A stretch of 52,432 bases of DNA from a virus (taxonomy: Duplodnaviria > Caudoviricetes): positions 1 through 52,432 of the IMG/VR virus record IMGVR_UViG_3300043422_000208. One strand, 5' to 3'. Shown here one piece after another: positions 47,333 to 52,432 of this stretch. Each line of letters starts with the position of its first letter. Position 1 is the first letter of the stretch. Under the pieces are notes generated by a model. The model saw nothing but the letters and a program-made list of their open reading frames with translations. It had not been told where the DNA came from and did no database searches. The translations under genes were made by a program, and so were the position numbers.

Positions 47333-49912
47333 TTAATCAAATTCAAAATAAAATTCATCTTCTTCAGGAATATCGTCATCCTCATCCTTAAGAATTTCTT
47401 CTATATCATCAGAATCTAAATCTAAAGATTTATACCCTTTTGGCATAGAAACTGTAACAGCATCTAATTCATCTTTTGGAGATTTAACCCAACGATTAGT
47501 AACATCTATAGAACTAGGGAACCACATATGTTCAGGAACTGTGTCTAGATCCACATTCCAAGTCTCAAAGAAAATTTTATAAGCTTCATAATGTGCCCTA
47601 TTTGCGTAAATTTGAAAATCTCTTAAGTTATTTCCTTCATCTTTTACCCACCACGCAAACATATCATGACAATCAAAAGCTTTTCTACAAATAAGACCAT
47701 ATTTTTCTTCATATTCTGCTACTTTTGTTGTAATAATAAACTTAAAATCTGCATCTCCAGATTGGATTGTAGAATTTCCTTTCGTTGCCATATGCTCCTT
47801 ACCAGATACCTGAAAACTCAGAACATTAGGTAAATCTCTACCTAAAACAGAAGATTTCATATACCTGTATTTCCTCCAATACCCACCAACAGGAAACCAT
47901 CCCATAGCACAATCAGCCTGACAATTAAAACCATGGCTTCCCATTCCACCAAAAAACTTACCTGTACGATCTCTAATTCCCTTGTACCCTTCATGCATAG
48001 AAGTAGCCAAAGATAGAGCTACACCTGCAATATTAGCAATTTTCTTTGCAGAAGCACCAAATAAAGCTGCAAATTGTGTAGTTTTTCCTACCAGGTATCC
48101 TTTTTCCATGTTAGCTGGATCATTGGCATCATATCCAGCAGATTTAGCTATTTCATGAGCAATAGAAGTAAATTTCTTTTTATCTCCCAAAATAGCTGCT
48201 TTAGAAAATTCTGTTTGTAATAAACTTGTCTTTCTAGCACAAAGTTCTCTAGCTAACTTTGCATCACACATTACAGCAAAAATACGAAGCTGACAAGAAT
48301 CTAAATCGAAATTAACTAACTTCCATCCTGAAGGTGCTTTAACTAATCCTTGTGTTTCTGATCCAACTTTTGTAGGAATCAATTTACTCAACACTAACCA
48401 AACTCGATCCACACTTCTACCACTAACAGCAGCAGCTAAAGAAGGTCTAGGAATTGTAATTAAATTTCCGTGGATTTTTTTAATGAAAAGAGAAAGTAAT
48501 CTAGTTCTTATTGAAGTCCAAAAGGTTGTAGAAACTTGTTTTTGAATTAATTCTTGTCCTTCAGCTAAACTAGAAGTTAGTATCCCTTGTTTCCAATAAA
48601 TCTCAAATTTAGCACCAAAAAAAGAAACAATATTCTTAAACTTCCCACTGATATTAGTAGGATTATCAAAAATCTCAGCTCCTCTATTTTCCCCCATCAC
48701 TTCTTCATAAACATCTCCTTCTTTTGATTCTAAAGTATGCCAATAGAGTTTTTCTTTATCTCCAGGCTTATCAGGATTCATAGCTTCAATTCTTTTCAAT
48801 GGTTTATTTAACCAATGCAATCTTAAAGCTATTGCAGTTTCCTTTCTAGTAATTCCAACTTTTTTAGGATCAAACCATTTAGGTAATCCTGCTTTCAATT
48901 TTGCTGCTTTTGTCCATAGATTCCAATCTTGGCCATCCCAAGATCCTGAAGTTTCAATATGAAGTCTTTGTATTTTTTCAGCTTGCAATAACAAATCTTC
49001 CTTAATTTGATTGTACAGATCCTCAATTGCTTGAATATGGGAATACCATTGAGAATCTAAATACATGATAGGAGTACTACCATGCAACAACCCTAAAAAC
49101 ACATAAGGGTTGATCTCAAATTCTAAGATAGGCTCTATAATACATACTGTAGCTGCTACGTCAAGGTAGTTATACCTAAACGCTTGCATGATATGTTCAT
49201 CCCCTTCGTAAATAACATCTGGAGCTAACTTTAAAATTTCTTCTTCTGATAAACCTTCTTTCTTTAATTTCTTCCTTTGTTTCTCTATAGACTTTTTAAT
49301 TACAGTGTTAGAGAAATCTAAATCTAGCCATTGTTCTTCATCAGAATCTATAAAAATCTGGACAAAAGACTTATCCATTTTTTTTCCAGTAAAATGATTA
49401 TACAATCCCGCAAGATCCAACAAAGAAGATTCCTTAAACCAAGGGATCTTAGGATTAGATCTCATTAATCCTTCTTTCAATGGATGTAATCTTAAAGAAG
49501 CAAGAGAGTGCGTACAAATACCTTTTACATAAGTAATCGGATCATAAGTATTTGCTATAAAACTCATTTCAAAACAAACTCTATGGGCAGCAATTAAAGT
49601 TTCATCTTCAAACCTAATTAAACCTTCTCCTTTAGAACTAGCAAAAAATACAAACCAAGTTCGTAATTCTAAATGAAAAGCAGAAGCTAGAGCTAATGTT
49701 TTGTTACTATTAACAGATTCTACATCTGTAACTATAGTCCCTGCTGGAACTGAAGAAACAGGAATAAATTCAAAATTATCAGCATCCCATCTATGCCAAA
49801 CGTCTTTTACAGAAGGATAGCCAATAGGAATATCAGGTTGAGTATAATCTAAATCTTTTAAACGATCAATTATATATTCAAAATTAGTAAAAGATGTATA
49901 ATTAAACTGCAT
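47333..49912 (-). CDS. family A DNA polymerase, mitochondrial Pol gamma-like
   Basis: ExoI DVE, ExoIII YNYLDV, and Pol gamma signatures LRLHW..KPL, TFWTSIRTR, GRSVDRVWL...KVGSE...VKAPSGW.LV.FDLDS, IQSGDAD, CHD. ATG 49912 preferred. Confidence 0.9.
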   Translation of the reverse strand: MQFNYTSFTNFEYIIDRLKDLDYTQPDIPIGYPSVKDVWHRWDADNFEFIPVSSVPAGTIVTDVESVNSNKTLALASAFHLELRTWFVFFASSKGEGLIRFEDETLIAAHRVCFEMSFIANTYDPITYVKGICTHSLASLRLHPLKEGLMRSNPKIPWFKESSLLDLAGLYNHFTGKKMDKSFVQIFIDSDEEQWLDLDFSNTVIKKSIEKQRKKLKKEGLSEEEILKLAPDVIYEGDEHIMQAFRYNYLDVAATVCIIEPILEFEINPYVFLGLLHGSTPIMYLDSQWYSHIQAIEDLYNQIKEDLLLQAEKIQRLHIETSGSWDGQDWNLWTKAAKLKAGLPKWFDPKKVGITRKETAIALRLHWLNKPLKRIEAMNPDKPGDKEKLYWHTLESKEGDVYEEVMGENRGAEIFDNPTNISGKFKNIVSFFGAKFEIYWKQGILTSSLAEGQELIQKQVSTTFWTSIRTRLLSLFIKKIHGNLITIPRPSLAAAVSGRSVDRVWLVLSKLIPTKVGSETQGLVKAPSGWKLVNFDLDSCQLRIFAVMCDAKLARELCARKTSLLQTEFSKAAILGDKKKFTSIAHEIAKSAGYDANDPANMEKGYLVGKTTQFAALFGASAKKIANIAGVALSLATSMHEGYKGIRDRTGKFFGGMGSHGFNCQADCAMGWFPVGGYWRKYRYMKSSVLGRDLPNVLSFQVSGKEHMATKGNSTIQSGDADFKFIITTKVAEYEEKYGLICRKAFDCHDMFAWWVKDEGNNLRDFQIYANRAHYEAYKIFFETWNVDLDTVPEHMWFPSSIDVTNRWVKSPKDELDAVTVSMPKGYKSLDLDSDDIEEILKDEDDDIPEEDEFYFEFD

Positions 49913-50765
49913 TATGAAACCTTGATTTATAAATGTAAGTAGAAATAAGTTCAAAAAACTCTTGAGTATCTAGGTACTTAAGTTCTCCATCTACATCATA
50001 ATAAGGATAATCTAAAAACTCAAGAAATTTTTTTACACGTAATGAGATATCTTCAAGATTAGATTTAGGTTTTCTCTTCAAAATAAATCTAACTTTTTCT
50101 TCTACTGTAATGTAATTAGGTGTAGCTAAAACATCTTCTGATAGATTCAATCTAAGAATACTTTTAAAACTATGAATATTTTGATAGCTCCATCTAAAAG
50201 TAGAGATACTAAAAATCATCGTAATACCCTTACAAGAGATATTTACTTCTTCAGAACCGTAAGAATCCATCCTCATAGTAGCAATATCATTAATTGCCAT
50301 AGGATCTACTAAAGTGTAACCTAAACACCTAGCCATTTTTATAACATTAAAACTGCTAGGTCTTTGAGGTTCTGGTAAATTATAATTAATAAAAAAGATA
50401 TTTTTTAAATTTTTCATATTCAAAAAATATCTAATACCTTCTGAAGAAAAAGAATAAACCATCTTTTTTAATCTATCTTCTACAAGAGAATTATGATCTT
50501 TATTTGAATGTCTTTCAATTTTATATAAAAAACTTAATTCTGCAATAGAGATAAACAATGTTCCTATATAGAAGTCCTCATGTAATTTTAATTTTTCTGA
50601 CTCAGACATCTTATTCAAAGAATCAAAAACATCTGAATTAAAATAAACATCCTCATTACATTCTTGAAAAGGTAAACCAAAATGCTTAGAAAAGAAATTA
50701 TTCATTTCTTGCTGTCTGTCTAGAAATATGCCAGTTTTAATCATTTTTAATTCCTTTGTTTTCAC
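49902..50765 (-). CDS. hypothetical protein; likely start at ATG 50744
   Basis: ORF overlapping the polymerase start; no motif recognised. Confidence 0.6.
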   Translation of the reverse strand: MKTKELKMIKTGIFLDRQQEMNNFFSKHFGLPFQECNEDVYFNSDVFDSLNKMSESEKLKLHEDFYIGTLFISIAELSFLYKIERHSNKDHNSLVEDRLKKMVYSFSSEGIRYFLNMKNLKNIFFINYNLPEPQRPSSFNVIKMARCLGYTLVDPMAINDIATMRMDSYGSEEVNISCKGITMIFSISTFRWSYQNIHSFKSILRLNLSEDVLATPNYITVEEKVRFILKRKPKSNLEDISLRVKKFLEFLDYPYYDVDGELKYLDTQEFFELISTYIYKSRFHNAV

Positions 50766-51057
50766 TAATTGAATAATTTACCTGTAAAAAAGTCTTATCT
50801 TGTATAACTGCTAAACGTAGTTTTTTGTAAAAATTAAACAAATTTGGCATCTGCTTTCTGTTCTCTAGATTAACATAAACACCGTTGACTTGATCAACAG
50901 TTTTAGCTAATCTGAGGTCTATCAAGAAAAATATTTTGTGGCATTCTTGAATCTGCTTAGTATAGTAAGTAATTCTTTGCTGAGTTACTAGCAAATTATC
51001 CTCACATTCATCTAAACTTCTTTGCCAGATATGTAACACCTCATCAATTTTACTCAT
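50737..51057 (-). CDS. hypothetical protein
   Basis: 106-aa ORF in the operon. Confidence 0.6.
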   Translation of the reverse strand: MSKIDEVLHIWQRSLDECEDNLLVTQQRITYYTKQIQECHKIFFLIDLRLAKTVDQVNGVYVNLENRKQMPNLFNFYKKLRLAVIQDKTFLQVNYSISENKGIKND

Positions 51058-51247
51058 TTTTAACTACCGGATCATCATAAATAATATAGTCTACAGTGTG
51101 TGCTGATCTCTCTTGTACAGATAAGCCAATACTGATTATACCAAACATTTTAAAATATCCTTTCAATAAAGGAGCATATTCAATAAACTTATTTAAAAAT
51201 TCCTCACTCTTAAATTCAATTTTAAGTAAAACAACTTTATTGAACAT
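51050..51247 (-). CDS. hypothetical protein
   Basis: ATG 51247 (MFNKVV) follows the stop of the Lar-like frame. Confidence 0.5.
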   Translation of the reverse strand: MFNKVVLLKIEFKSEEFLNKFIEYAPLLKGYFKMFGIISIGLSVQERSAHTVDYIIYDDPVVKNE

Positions 51248-51248
51248 A

Positions 51249-51445
51249 TTAAATTCTCTTATTCCAAATTTCAATAACTATTTTTCAGAAATTTTAGGAT
51301 CCATACAAATAATCTCTTTAGTCTTAGTAGCACACAAAGAGCATTCAACATGACTTACATAATAGCCATAATCATAAGCTGACCTTGTATGGATAAAAGA
51401 TTAAGAGCTACAAAAAGGACAATCTTTTATTTCTTCACTCATCAT
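51249..51445 (-). pseudogene. Lar-like restriction alleviation protein, disrupted
   Basis: IKDCPFC...VECSLC...IEIWNKR; in-frame TAA at 51401-51403 and a -1 frameshift near 51283. Confidence 0.7.
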
Positions 51446-51908
51446 TTTTCAATTCTCCAACAACAGTTAATCTGTAAACAGTATCAACATTAAAACAATC
51501 TACAGCATCTGAAAATCTCCTTTTAATCTCATAAAAACAATTTTTCTGTTTTTTCATATCTACAAAATTATCAAAAATTTCATTTTTACTTTCTGCCCTC
51601 ATAGTATAAGTTTCTATGGAACCATCTGTAAATAAAATAGTAACAATAAAAATTTTTAAATGAGGAAAATTAATAGCTGGACAAGTAGGATTAGGTTCAA
51701 AATTTTTTGATTTATTTTTCATATTTTCCTCTGTAACTCTAACTAAAATATTTATAAACTTTTCTAAATGATCTTTTGCTTTTAGTCTATCAAATCCGTC
51801 AATTGATTTTAAAGTAGATCTCAATGATGATATTCCTAGATCAGAAACTCCCCATCTAGATTTTTCATCTAAATAGTTATTCTCTTTAAAATTATTCAAT
51901 TCTTCCAT
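51435..51908 (-). CDS. hypothetical protein (C-terminal domain paralogous to 51919-52242)
   Basis: FIVTI...ETY.......EI ... DCF....V..LTV pattern. Confidence 0.6.
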   Translation of the reverse strand: MEELNNFKENNYLDEKSRWGVSDLGISSLRSTLKSIDGFDRLKAKDHLEKFINILVRVTEENMKNKSKNFEPNPTCPAINFPHLKIFIVTILFTDGSIETYTMRAESKNEIFDNFVDMKKQKNCFYEIKRRFSDAVDCFNVDTVYRLTVVGELKNDE

Positions 51909-51918
51909 CTTATATCTC

Positions 51919-52242
51919 CTAAGAACATTTTAAATTGTCAGTAACACCAAATTTACTAATCCTGCCTAAAAGACTATTTTTAGGTAAGATTTTTACATCT
52001 GCTTGTACAGGATGAGTAGCTTCAGATTCTATAGTTTCTAATCTTAAAATTGTTAAAAGTGCAACTTCAGAACTTCTGAAACAATCAAAATCTTCTGTAG
52101 AAGATTTTTTTAAATACAGAATCGCATTTTCTCTAAAAATAAAAGATGCAATTTCTTCTACATCTACACCTTGAATAATGTAACTCTCTGTATAGCTACA
52201 TTTTAATCTTACAGTAATAAAAAAATTATAAAGCAGAGACAT
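51919..52242 (-). CDS. hypothetical protein (putative early gene)
   Basis: FFITV...ESY.......EI ... DCF....V..LTI pattern; AAGGA Shine-Dalgarno. Confidence 0.6.
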   Translation of the reverse strand: MSLLYNFFITVRLKCSYTESYIIQGVDVEEIASFIFRENAILYLKKSSTEDFDCFRSSEVALLTILRLETIESEATHPVQADVKILPKNSLLGRISKFGVTDNLKCS

Positions 52243-52305
52243 ACTAAATCCTTAAAAAACAAAAAACAATTTTAAAGAAATATTATTCCTAAAACTTAAA
52301 ATCAA

Positions 52306-52432
52306 TCCAAACTTAACTTTTTTCCAATTCCATCTTCCACCTATTACTTACTACCTGTCCACAATACCACATAAAATAATCCCACACAACCCTTACATAT
52401 TCCCTCTCCCAGCCCTACTTCTAATAAAATCT
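52306..52432 (-). repeat. Right inverted terminal repeat (127 bp)
   Basis: Exact reverse complement of 1-127. Confidence 0.95.

Noticed and set aside
1-52432. HIP1 (GCGATCGC) enrichment or restriction-site avoidance as a host signal; integrase or lysogeny module
   Set aside because: I noticed no HIP1 copies and no integrase or repressor. GATC looks frequent, but k-mer statistics cannot be done reliably by eye.

Overview
An AT-rich tailed-phage genome or large genome segment with a siphovirus-type gene set, bounded by a perfect 127-bp inverted terminal repeat (ITR). A cyanobacterial host is inferred from a cyanophage-type class I ribonucleotide reductase (RNR), a C39-like endolysin and a mitochondrial Pol gamma-like DNA polymerase. 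It encodes terminase, portal, prohead protease/scaffold, decoration and major capsid proteins, tail tube, tail chaperones, a 3945-aa tape measure, a GTA-like tail-tip set and two Calx-beta/lectin-like adhesins. It also encodes a Dam methylase, 5'-3' exonuclease, SF1B helicase, NMP kinase, MazG-like pair and HNH endonuclease. The virion genes are scattered over many loci on both strands. The strongest candidate for an undescribed system lies in the ORF-free gap at about 25.35-25.89 kb. It holds three tandem minus-strand promoter-sRNA-terminator cassettes. They share a 5' AGU(A/G)G start, a long hairpin with a UUAG...CUUG(A/G)AA motif and a variable 3' segment, and they sit upstream of a small paralogous protein family. 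Both the RNR and the polymerase carry non-canonical substitutions at normally invariant catalytic positions. Several accessory genes are disrupted. I recognised no primase, replicative helicase, integrase, RNA polymerase, tRNA or CRISPR array. All family calls come from motif recognition by eye; no database searches were run.
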